The position numbers were made by a program, and so were the translations under genes. Below the pieces are notes generated by a model, which searched no databases, had not been told where the DNA came from, and saw nothing but the letters and a program-made list of their open reading frames with translations. Positions 1-8,063 of a stretch of 64,000 nucleotides of DNA are shown piece by piece. Positions within the stretch are counted from its first letter, which is position 1; each line of letters starts with the position of its first letter. The stretch is from Ignavibacteria bacterium (lineage in GTDB: Bacteria; Bacteroidota; Ignavibacteria; Ignavibacteriales; SURF-24), in assembly GCA_025612245.1 (NCBI GenBank), contig JAAXKQ010000014.1:40028-104027 (forward strand). The letters run 5' to 3'.

Positions 1-853
1 TCCTGATTAGCATCATCAGAACAATGCTGAATATCATTAAGGCAATTGCAATAAAGCGCACCATTCTGCTCCTGCCCCTGTCGGCATAGCGTCCAAGAAC
101 GGGTGCCATCAAGGCTCCTGCAATTGCAACGAGCCCGAAAAGCCCTATCGTATCGCTGTGAAAATAAAATGGCTCTCCGCTTAAATGAAAGGTCAGTGTT
201 GTCCAGAAAGAGCTGAAAACCCCGAACTGCAGCGCCCCGATTGCAGAGACCGAGCGCAGAAGAGAAAACCTTTTTACCTGCTCCAGAGCCGAGCCAAGTA
301 GTTTTATATAGCTTCCTTCGAAATGATTCTTAACTCTTGGAAGTGATATCTGCAGAAGTATAATCATCAGAAGTATTGCAGCGGCAGAAATGGCATAAAC
401 GTAGCGCCAGCCGAACCACTCGGCAACAGAACCGCTGAAGACCCGGGCAGCAAGAATACCAATTAAGATGCCCGTCATAATTGTTCCTACCGTCTGCCCC
501 CGGTTCTCCGGGTCAAGCCCTGCCGCCATTGGCATTATCACCTGTACCGAGACCGAAAAGACGGCAATTAAAAGGCTAAGCGCCCAGAGCTGATAAATGT
601 TGCCCGCAACTGTAATAAGCAGCAGACAGAAAAACAAAAATGCCTGAAGGACAATAATGAGCTTCTTCTTATTTATTTTATCTCCCAGTGGAGTTATAAA
701 GAAGAGTCCCAGCCCGTATCCCACCTGCGAGAGTATGGATATAAACCCGGCACTCGTTTCATTTATATTAAGAGAGGCACTGATCTCCTTGAGGATCGGC
801 TGATTAAAGTAAATATTTGCAACCGACACACCCGCCGAAACAGACATCAGCAT
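1..853 (-). CDS. MFS-type transporter, partial (C-terminus lies left of the window)
   Basis: Absent from the ORF track because its stop is outside the window. Manual reverse translation gives MLMSVSAGVSVANIYFNQPILKEIS...PLGDKINKKKL...MPMAAGLDPENRGQTVGTIMTGILIGILAARV..., with many hydrophobic helices and MFS-like loops. Start is ATG at 853 (alternative GTG at 925). Confidence 0.6.
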   Translation of the reverse strand, partial: MLMSVSAGVSVANIYFNQPILKEISASLNINETSAGFISILSQVGYGLGLFFITPLGDKINKKKLIIVLQAFLFFCLLLITVAGNIYQLWALSLLIAVFSVSVQVIMPMAAGLDPENRGQTVGTIMTGILIGILAARVFSGSVAEWFGWRYVYAISAAAILLMIILLQISLPRVKNHFEGSYIKLLGSALEQVKRFSLLRSVSAIGALQFGVFSSFWTTLTFHLSGEPFYFHSDTIGLFGLVAIAGALMAPVLGRYADRGRSRMVRFIAIALMIFSIVLMMLIR

Positions 854-1135
854 TACCTGAAAGCGTGAAAGCTTTTTTTGTGAAAGCTCTTTCCTAGATT
901 CTTTTTCTATCTTTTCCTTATACACACTCTTCCGTATTAAATTAACCTGTAAATTAAATATTTAAGAATTTTTCCTGTGACATTTCATGCATAATTATGT
1001 GCACAGATTGAGGACTGCAAATGTAAGAAGAATTACCTAATTCATGAAACAAAAAAGCCCGCAGGGAAGAGCCTAAAAAAGCTTTCCCTACGGGCTCTTA
1101 CACGTTAAAAAATTAAACTTCCTTTATATTTTCCT

Positions 1136-2821
1136 CTAGAACCTGTAGCCGAACTTTAGTGTAAAGGCAAGCTGGTTTTCACCACCGAGCCTTGGGGCCG
1201 ACGAGGCATCTGATAAGGGCACCAGCATTAACTGATAGTTAAGCTCCGGACTGACTACTATACTGCTGCCGGGTACATCCAGGTTGGCACCTGTCGCCAC
1301 GTTAAGAGAAGTCTGATAAAAGTATTTTGGGTTTGTCTCTAATACCGGGTTAATCCTTTCTATACCGGGGCCACCCTGAACATACAACATTGGCAGAACC
1401 TCAAGCGGGTGATACCTGTAAGCAGAATATATTCCAACTGTTTCTAGCTTTGTATCAATAAGGCGCCACGTTCTGTAGTTGACATTATAAGGAATTGATG
1501 TATAATAAAATGCAGCAACAAGGGCATTATTCCGGTTCATGTAGAAAGCGCTTTCCAGCGAAAAAGAAAAGCTATTCTCTGCATCCGCATTTAAGTCCGG
1601 ACTGTGTGTTGAAAGATGCCCGCCTCTTAAGTTGTAGCCGCTGCCCAATGAAACCAGTATATTCTGCAGGGCTGCTGGCGCCTTGTTTTCGGTGGAGCGG
1701 TTAAGGAATTTATGTAAGTCATATTCAAGCCTGAACTGAAAAGATTCATACGGGAATTCACGGAAATAACCCCAGTCCGAGTCAACATTATGCCATATCC
1801 CGGAATACCCTGCAAATAGTGAGATTTCTTTATATCCCAATCCTATTTCAGCACCGTGCGTAAAGACGCTGTTGCCGCCTTCTTTTGAGCCAAAGGAAAC
1901 GCTCCCCAGGTAATATTTCTGCAGGAATGAAAAACTGTTTCCAAGATCCAGCGGCTTCCATTCAAAGGACAGACCCATACTGAGTCTTGCATCGCGGGGA
2001 AAATCCTTCCAGTCCTTAAATAATGCCGAAAAGGAGGATTTAGAATCATCCCTGCCCTCATTCATGAGGTATTTCGAAAAACCAATCTGCATTGTTGTGG
2101 ACAGATAATCATTTTCAAACGGTGTTGCGCTTAGGGCAAGATGCATCATTGAAGAAACAGGAAAATCTTCATTACCCCACGTAATATAATTCCCGTTTGT
2201 AGGGTCTATGTACTCCACATTTTCTTCTATCGGACCGCCCATGTTCATGAGTGAAAATCCCAGGTTGACCCTTTTATTCAGTACTGCGGGCTGATAGTTT
2301 AATCCACCGCTAAAGAGAAAAGCATCCGTTGATACGGCTCCAACAACCTGGCTAGCATATTTTAACGACAGCCCCATTGTTAATTCATTAGTAACTTCTC
2401 CCGCATAACCAAGCGCCCATGCATAATTATATATTTCTTCAACCTCACCGATGCCGTCAGGATTATTCTGCGAAGTTAACCTGCCCTTTCCCAAATCATG
2501 TTTAAGGTACTGAAAACCGAACGTGCCAATTCCTTTTACCTTATAAGCAGCAGTAAAACTGTTAAGGGGGTAACTATATCCCATTATCTGAAACGGGTAG
2601 TGAAACATCGACAGGCTGACATTATTTGAAAAAGCCAGATTTGCCGGATTATAAGGAAAGGCATCCTGGCTATTCCTGAGGGCGACTCCCTCTTCCCCCA
2701 TTCCAAAGGTTGAAGTGCTGCCCGGATAGTTCGTAAAATCCATGTATCCCTGGGCCTTAAGCCCGGAAGCAGCAGTGAAAAGGAGTAATAAAGAAAGAAT
2801 AAAGGACCTGTTAAAACGCAT
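1136..2821 (-). CDS. outer-membrane beta-barrel protein (function unknown)
   Basis: 561 aa with signal peptide (LLLLFTAASGLKAQ), alternating amphipathic beta pattern and a C-terminal ...KFGYRF aromatic terminus. The N-terminal FGMGEEGVALRNSQDAFPYNPANLA signature resembles PorV/UPF0164-type barrels. Confidence 0.5.
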   Translation of the reverse strand: MRFNRSFILSLLLLFTAASGLKAQGYMDFTNYPGSTSTFGMGEEGVALRNSQDAFPYNPANLAFSNNVSLSMFHYPFQIMGYSYPLNSFTAAYKVKGIGTFGFQYLKHDLGKGRLTSQNNPDGIGEVEEIYNYAWALGYAGEVTNELTMGLSLKYASQVVGAVSTDAFLFSGGLNYQPAVLNKRVNLGFSLMNMGGPIEENVEYIDPTNGNYITWGNEDFPVSSMMHLALSATPFENDYLSTTMQIGFSKYLMNEGRDDSKSSFSALFKDWKDFPRDARLSMGLSFEWKPLDLGNSFSFLQKYYLGSVSFGSKEGGNSVFTHGAEIGLGYKEISLFAGYSGIWHNVDSDWGYFREFPYESFQFRLEYDLHKFLNRSTENKAPAALQNILVSLGSGYNLRGGHLSTHSPDLNADAENSFSFSLESAFYMNRNNALVAAFYYTSIPYNVNYRTWRLIDTKLETVGIYSAYRYHPLEVLPMLYVQGGPGIERINPVLETNPKYFYQTSLNVATGANLDVPGSSIVVSPELNYQLMLVPLSDASSAPRLGGENQLAFTLKFGYRF

Positions 2822-3031
2822 ATGATCTCCGTAAATAGTGAAATATGCAACAATAATTTTATTCGTAGCCCAAATTAGAATTTTTTTAATTAAAAGTGAA
2901 GAAATATTAGGGGACTTATACGCTGGAGATTTCAGCCATTAAAAATAAAACGGGATAAAAATAACCTGGAAGGCTCCTTCTTAGTCTCTCTGAGATCGGA
3001 ATTATGACGTTTTTTATGGGATTGCTGTCTA

Positions 3032-3061
3032 TTGGCAGCAGAATTTGAAATCTGCTGCCAA
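3032..3061 (-). terminator. 11-bp perfect hairpin downstream of nrfA (no clear U-tract)
   Basis: TTGGCAGCAGA-N8-TCTGCTGCCAA, 18 nt after the nrfA stop. Confidence 0.4.
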
Positions 3062-3078
3062 TAAATGCAGTCAAGAAT

Positions 3079-4548
3079 TTATTTCATTTTCGACTGGCGC
3101 TCTTCGGCTTTCTGATTCCAGCCGGGAACTACCGTCCTTAGGAACTTTTCCTTTTCTCCTGTCATTTCTTCAATCTTCAGGCCCACGTAGTTCTGCGCTT
3201 TAAGCTTGTTTGAAAGATCCGGCATCGGAACGGGATCCGTGTAGCCGTGCTTTGCAAGCACCTGTGCTATCTGAAGTCTTGCATCCTGGATCCTTTTCAT
3301 GCAGGTGTTCAATATTCTCTGCGATTCCACTGGAGAATGAAAGCTATAACCGTTGGAAGCTGACACATAATCCCATCTCCACTGCGCATGGCGCAGAGAC
3401 TGCATGACCGGCTTCATTTCCTGTTCCGTTGCCCCCTTATCCCAGGCAAACTTGGCTTCTATGTGCGCCCGTGCCAGATCCCTTAGCGTGGTCCTTTTGC
3501 CTTCCTCAAATTTATCCTGCCTTTCATAAACGTTATTCCTTAACTGCTCTTCGCTTTCCCTGTGGCAGACCTGGCAGGCATTGGCAATGTCGTTCAACGG
3601 GCTCTGTATCTTGTGGTTTGTAAACTTCACGCCGCCTTCGCTGCGGTAGGGCATGTGACAGTCGGCACAGGCAAGTCCCCTGTTGGCGTGGATTCCGGTC
3701 TTGAACATTTCATAATCCGGGTGTTGTGCTTTCAGCATTGGAGCCCGGCTCAGGCTGTGTGTCCAGTCGGAGAAGTTCGCCCTGTCGTAATACCCTTCTA
3801 TTGAATCCACTATCATTCCCCTGTCCCATGGAAAAGTAAGGTAGTGTTCTTCCTTGCCCTTAAAGTAATATTCAACGTGGCACTGAGCGCATACCAGTGA
3901 GCGCATTTCCTGGTGTGTAGCTTTGGTTATGTCTTTTCCCTGGCGGGCAAAGGCCTCAATGAGCGCCGGACGTGTAATCCTGAGATTCATGGTTTTGGGG
4001 TCGTGACAGTCCTGGCAGCCGATGGGGTTATAAATTTCTGGTCCCATATCGAGCCAGGTACCTTTATAAAAATTGGCCACTCCCAACTGGTTCATTACCC
4101 TGGGTACGTCCGTACTCTTACAAGTCCAGCAGGTTGCCGGCTGAGGGGCCGTAGTTCTGAGTATATTCCTGATATCCTGAATTGCGTGGTAATGCCCCCG
4201 CCCCTGGTTATAGCCCTTTGAGAAGGAATATCCGGCCCAGATGACCACCAATTCAGGATCCTGGTCCAGGTAGTCAATCATTACTGAACCGCAGTATTTG
4301 CTCCTGAAGGTGGTGTCCATTGTGCCCAGGTAGCTCTGGTACTCCCGGGGATAATTCTCCCCCCATTTTTCATTTCTAGGCTCCCAGTCGGCTATAGGCT
4401 TAACCATCTGAAGCGCCGCGGATTCCTGCCTGCGTTCAACGATTGAAGAGGCCAGCATGCCGATAAGAAATACAATAACAACAGTACCCAGGAAAATCAG
4501 CCATGCAAGCCATGGCCTTCCTTTTATAATTTCCTGAATTGGTCGCAT
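3079..4548 (-). CDS. nrfA: ammonia-forming cytochrome c nitrite reductase, pentahaem NrfA
   Basis: 489 aa with N-terminal TM helix. Five haem-c motifs occur in NrfA order: the diagnostic lysine-ligated CWTCK, then CQDCH, CAQCH, CADCH, CQVCH. Sits 74 nt downstream of nrfH. Confidence 0.95.
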   Translation of the reverse strand: MRPIQEIIKGRPWLAWLIFLGTVVIVFLIGMLASSIVERRQESAALQMVKPIADWEPRNEKWGENYPREYQSYLGTMDTTFRSKYCGSVMIDYLDQDPELVVIWAGYSFSKGYNQGRGHYHAIQDIRNILRTTAPQPATCWTCKSTDVPRVMNQLGVANFYKGTWLDMGPEIYNPIGCQDCHDPKTMNLRITRPALIEAFARQGKDITKATHQEMRSLVCAQCHVEYYFKGKEEHYLTFPWDRGMIVDSIEGYYDRANFSDWTHSLSRAPMLKAQHPDYEMFKTGIHANRGLACADCHMPYRSEGGVKFTNHKIQSPLNDIANACQVCHRESEEQLRNNVYERQDKFEEGKRTTLRDLARAHIEAKFAWDKGATEQEMKPVMQSLRHAQWRWDYVSASNGYSFHSPVESQRILNTCMKRIQDARLQIAQVLAKHGYTDPVPMPDLSNKLKAQNYVGLKIEEMTGEKEKFLRTVVPGWNQKAEERQSKMK

Positions 4549-4622
4549 AAGTTATTCCCTGAAATTTGTTAGGTATATTTATTTAGCTTGTTAGAATTGC
4601 TCCTTTCCTGCTTTCTTTGCTT

Positions 4623-5255
4623 TTATTTACCGGAAGCGTTTTCTCCCCGTACAATTTTCCGCAGCCATTCGGGTACAATGGGTGAAAGGTTTGGCACTCT
4701 TGCATAAGGCGCCGAAGCCAGCCCGCGCACGCGTCCGTGCGGGGTTTCCCTGTGGCAGCTCCAGCATACCGGGCCTTCGCCTTTCTGGTAGTCCTTGAAC
4801 GTGACATTTCTTGCATAAACATTCTGCACACGGAAATAATGGCAGCGGATGCAGTTTTCCTGAACTACTCCGGCTCCGGCTTCCTTGATCTCAATTACCT
4901 GGGGCTCGAGCCTTAAGGTAAAAATAGTTGCGTGCCTCAGGCCGTCGCTTGCCTTGAAGAAGTATTTTCGTAAAAAGTTATCATGCGGAACGTGACAGTC
5001 GTTGCATGTAGCAACACGTCCGTGACTGCTGGTCTGCCAGGTGGCATACTGAGGGTTCATTACGTGACAGTTGACGCAGGCCTGCGGGTCATCGGAAAGA
5101 TATGAAACCGCATTTGATATGAAAAGCACATAAACTCCGAGCCCGGCAAAGATGCCAAGCAGTACAATTACCGGCACTTTCCACGCCTCCGGGGGAACAA
5201 ATACATTAACTATCCATTTGAGAACCGGGACTTTTTTCTGGGAATTATCCTGCAT
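4623..5255 (-). CDS. nrfH: tetrahaem membrane quinol dehydrogenase NrfH (NapC/NirT family)
   Basis: 210 aa with N-terminal TM helix and four CXXCH motifs (CVNCH, CNDCH, CIRCH, CWSCH). Immediately upstream of nrfA. Confidence 0.9.
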   Translation of the reverse strand: MQDNSQKKVPVLKWIVNVFVPPEAWKVPVIVLLGIFAGLGVYVLFISNAVSYLSDDPQACVNCHVMNPQYATWQTSSHGRVATCNDCHVPHDNFLRKYFFKASDGLRHATIFTLRLEPQVIEIKEAGAGVVQENCIRCHYFRVQNVYARNVTFKDYQKGEGPVCWSCHRETPHGRVRGLASAPYARVPNLSPIVPEWLRKIVRGENASGK

Positions 5256-5342
5256 AAAGCCGCTCCATTAAGTTCTTTTACGTAGTTAAATCTTTGTGTA
5301 TGGGTATATTAAGATAAGACTTTTAATTGAAAAGTAAATGCC

Positions 5343-5366
5343 CTGCAGTTAATTATTTAACTACAG
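5343..5366. promoter_or_regulatory. 10-4-10 imperfect palindrome upstream of nrfH (operator or weak terminator)
   Basis: CTGCAGTTAA-TTAT-TTAACTaCAG (9/10 arm match), 88-111 nt upstream of the nrfH ATG. Confidence 0.35.
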
Positions 5367-5487
5367 CGATTGCTAGGGAAAAACATTTCCGAACGGTTAA
5401 GACGAAAGGCTTTATTGGGCATAAGGAGGTAAAAAGCCGGAAAGATTCCAAGCTCCCTCCGGCCTTAGAAACTACTTGTGCGGCAGG

Positions 5488-5922
5488 TTACTTGAACGGC
5501 GCAAAAGCATTTGTATTTTTTGTAGGAGCAAATCTATACTTATATTCTTCACTACGTTCCGGGTAGTAGGCCGTTTTCTCACCGGTGCCTTCATTATAAA
5601 CTACAGTATACCTGTTCTGCCTGCTGGAAGAATTTTCACGCCTTGAGGCAGGACTTGCCTGTGGCTGCTGAAATTCCTGGCTCTCCTGTCCACTGTAGTA
5701 GGGGCTGAAGGCGTTATAGGCACTTGCCATCTGGGAATACTCCTGTTCCTGTCTCATATCGGGAAAATAATCGTTATTCATCTGCCTGCCATATTCCTGA
5801 TTGGTCTGGGCTGCCTGAGAGTTCTTGTTTACCTTAAAGACAATATAAGAGATAAGCAACACAAGCAACAGGAGTCCCGAAAAAAGTGCTAAACTGATCT
5901 GGATAATTGGTACTAGTTCCAT
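5488..5922 (-). CDS. small single-pass membrane protein with Q/E/Y-rich tail (hypothetical)
   Basis: 144 aa with one N-terminal TM helix (ISLALFSGLLLLVLLISYIVF) followed by low-complexity sequence. AGGAGA RBS sits 4 nt before the ATG. Confidence 0.5.
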   Translation of the reverse strand: MELVPIIQISLALFSGLLLLVLLISYIVFKVNKNSQAAQTNQEYGRQMNNDYFPDMRQEQEYSQMASAYNAFSPYYSGQESQEFQQPQASPASRRENSSSRQNRYTVVYNEGTGEKTAYYPERSEEYKYRFAPTKNTNAFAPFK

Positions 5923-5955
5923 ACTTCTCCTGATAAATTACATTCATGTAAATTG

Positions 5956-5971
5956 CTCAATTATTGTGCCA
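5956..5971 (-). promoter_or_regulatory. candidate sigma54 (-24/-12) promoter
   Basis: The minus strand reads TGGCAC-AATAA-TTGAG. The -24 hexamer and spacing are perfect; the -12 element is TTGA instead of TTGC. It lies about 35 nt upstream of the ATG at 5922. Confidence 0.45.
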
Positions 5972-6016
5972 CCTGGTAAACCGCGTTAAATCCTGAGGGA
6001 TTAACCGTTCGGGAGT

Positions 6017-6061
6017 GTCTTAAAATGAGTCACAGGCAAGTAGCGTCTTAAAATGAATCAC
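6017..6061. promoter_or_regulatory. tandem 17-bp direct repeats, candidate enhancer (UAS) for the adjacent sigma54 activator
   Basis: GTCTTAAAATGAGTCAC (6017-6033) and GTCTTAAAATGAATCAC (6045-6061), 16/17 identical with 28-bp periodicity, 46-105 bp upstream of the -24 element. Confidence 0.4.
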
Positions 6062-6096
6062 TTCAGTCACCTGATCTATTGTACATAAAAACGCTT

Positions 6097-6699
6097 TCAG
6101 GTAATATGATCTGAATCAATAATTTTGGAAAGGCTGTCATTATCGGGAGTTAATTTCACAAATGTATCTTTATAGCCGTTATTTGAGAGAATTCCGGAAC
6201 ACTCCGGGCAGTAGAAATTCCCTTTTATGTCAATTTCTTCGACACCCTGCGATGAGTGCATTACACAATTCCAGTTCCGGCAGTGAATGAGTCCCATATT
6301 GTGCCCCAGCTCATGGAGAATTTCCTTTAGTGATCTTTCATGCAGAAGTTTATCATTTGTTTTTCCGGAATAAAACTCCTCATGAAGACGGCACAAGGAG
6401 ACAATGGAATGCTTGCCGTTGAGCTGCGCCTCACCGAAGACATAGGTAAATACAGGAACAAACAGGTCGAATTCCACCAGCATGAGCACTTTCCCGTCGT
6501 ACGCCGGGGTAAGCTTCATTGCATCGGCAATCAGCTGTGTCGAGAAATACTGCCCCCTGTCCCGTGAATATGCCGCCGCCGTATTGAGGGGCAGACTGAT
6601 GAGCGAAACGTTATCCTTAAAGATGACGGAAATATCTTTTGTTATGCTATTTAATACCGAGACATTTGAAAATTCAATGGGGGCAATAAAAAACTTCAT
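6097..6699 (-). CDS. archaemetzincin-like zinc metalloprotease
   Basis: 200 aa. HELGHNMGLIHCRNWNCVMH...(16 aa)...CPEC fits the archaemetzincin signature HEXXHXXGX3CX4CXM...CXXC. The start ATG overlaps the stop of the upstream regulator by 1 nt (TGATG). Confidence 0.8.
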   Translation of the reverse strand: MKFFIAPIEFSNVSVLNSITKDISVIFKDNVSLISLPLNTAAAYSRDRGQYFSTQLIADAMKLTPAYDGKVLMLVEFDLFVPVFTYVFGEAQLNGKHSIVSLCRLHEEFYSGKTNDKLLHERSLKEILHELGHNMGLIHCRNWNCVMHSSQGVEEIDIKGNFYCPECSGILSNNGYKDTFVKLTPDNDSLSKIIDSDHIT

Positions 6700-8048
6700 C
6701 AGGATTTACGAAATCCATATTTATTAATTTTATTATAAAGTGTAACTCTGTCTATCTGCAGAGCCTCGGCGCTCTTGGAAATGTTCCAGTTATTCAGTTC
6801 CAACACGTTCATTATGTGCCTTTTCTCCACGCTTTCCAGGCTCTTGTCACCCTCGTCATCAAGCCTGTTATTGGGAGTTACATGGAACGGGAGGTCCTCA
6901 ATTTTAATTGAGTCGCCCCTTCCGACTACAAGAGCGCGCTCTATGGCATTTTCCAGCTCACGCACGTTTCCGGGCCAGCTGTAGTTGACAAGAAAATCCA
7001 TCGCCTCGTTTGAAATGTTCTTTATGTTCCTGTTCATGGCTGCATTGAACTTGTTCATGAAGTAGTAAGCCAGGATCGGGATGTCATCCCTTCTTTCCCT
7101 TAAAGGCGGAATAAAGATTGTAAATACATTAAGGCGGTAGTACAGATCCTCCCTGAACTTACCCTCTTTAAGGAGGTTTTCCAAAGGTTCGTTTGTCGCC
7201 GCAATGACCCTGAAATCGCTTTTAATGTTTTCATTGCCGCCGACGCGCATAAACTGCTTCGATTCAATCACCCTTAAAAGCTCTATCTGCATTTTTGGTG
7301 ACACCGTGCCGATCTCATCCAGGAAAATTGTTCCGCCGTCTGCCATTTCAAACTTGCCCTTGCGTTTATAGTGAGCACCCGTAAAGGCGCCTTTCTCGTG
7401 TCCGAAGAGCTCGCTTTCAAGGAGCGATTCTGCCAGAGCGCCGCAGTTTACCGTTACAATCGGGAAATATTTCCTCTTGCTGTTGATGTGGATTGCCTTT
7501 GCAACCAGTTCCTTTCCTGTTCCGCTTTCCCCGCGGATCATAACGGTCGTGTCGGTCTGTGCCACGGTATTAATAAGGTCAAATATTTTCAGCATCTGGC
7601 GGCTCTCGCCTATGAGGTTATCGGGCTTGATAATCTCGTTTATATTATCCTTCAGCTGTTCGTTTTCCTGCCTGAGCTCCTTCTGGTGAATTGCTTTTTC
7701 CACTATGTGTGCCAGTTCATCGGGGTCAATTGGCTTTGTAATGTAATCGTAGGCCCCGTTCTTTAGTGCCTTAATGGCGGTAGGCACTGAGGCAAAAGCA
7801 GTAATTAGAATGAAGATAGTATCCTTGTCGATCTCTTTTACTTTATCCAGCAGCTCAAGCCCGCTCATGCCGGGCATTTTCATGTCAACCAGCATCAGCT
7901 CATACTTGCCCTTTTCAATTATCTTTAAGGCTGCCTCGGCATCCTCGGCCGTATCAACATTGTATCCTTCCTCAATGAACCAGTGATAAAGGGATTCCCT
8001 TACGATTTTTTCGTCATCTACAATTAAAATACTTTGTTTACTCTTCAT
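6699..8048 (-). CDS. sigma54-dependent response regulator (NtrC family)
   Basis: 449 aa. Receiver domain has VDDE and the [13 protein letters not shown] phospho-Asp. AAA+ domain has [14 protein letters not shown] and FLDEIG. C-terminal Fis-type HTH is [19 protein letters not shown]. Confidence 0.9.
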   Translation of the reverse strand: MKSKQSILIVDDEKIVRESLYHWFIEEGYNVDTAEDAEAALKIIEKGKYELMLVDMKMPGMSGLELLDKVKEIDKDTIFILITAFASVPTAIKALKNGAYDYITKPIDPDELAHIVEKAIHQKELRQENEQLKDNINEIIKPDNLIGESRQMLKIFDLINTVAQTDTTVMIRGESGTGKELVAKAIHINSKRKYFPIVTVNCGALAESLLESELFGHEKGAFTGAHYKRKGKFEMADGGTIFLDEIGTVSPKMQIELLRVIESKQFMRVGGNENIKSDFRVIAATNEPLENLLKEGKFREDLYYRLNVFTIFIPPLRERRDDIPILAYYFMNKFNAAMNRNIKNISNEAMDFLVNYSWPGNVRELENAIERALVVGRGDSIKIEDLPFHVTPNNRLDDEGDKSLESVEKRHIMNVLELNNWNISKSAEALQIDRVTLYNKINKYGFRKS

Positions 8049-8063
8049 TCTTTTCTCAATTTT

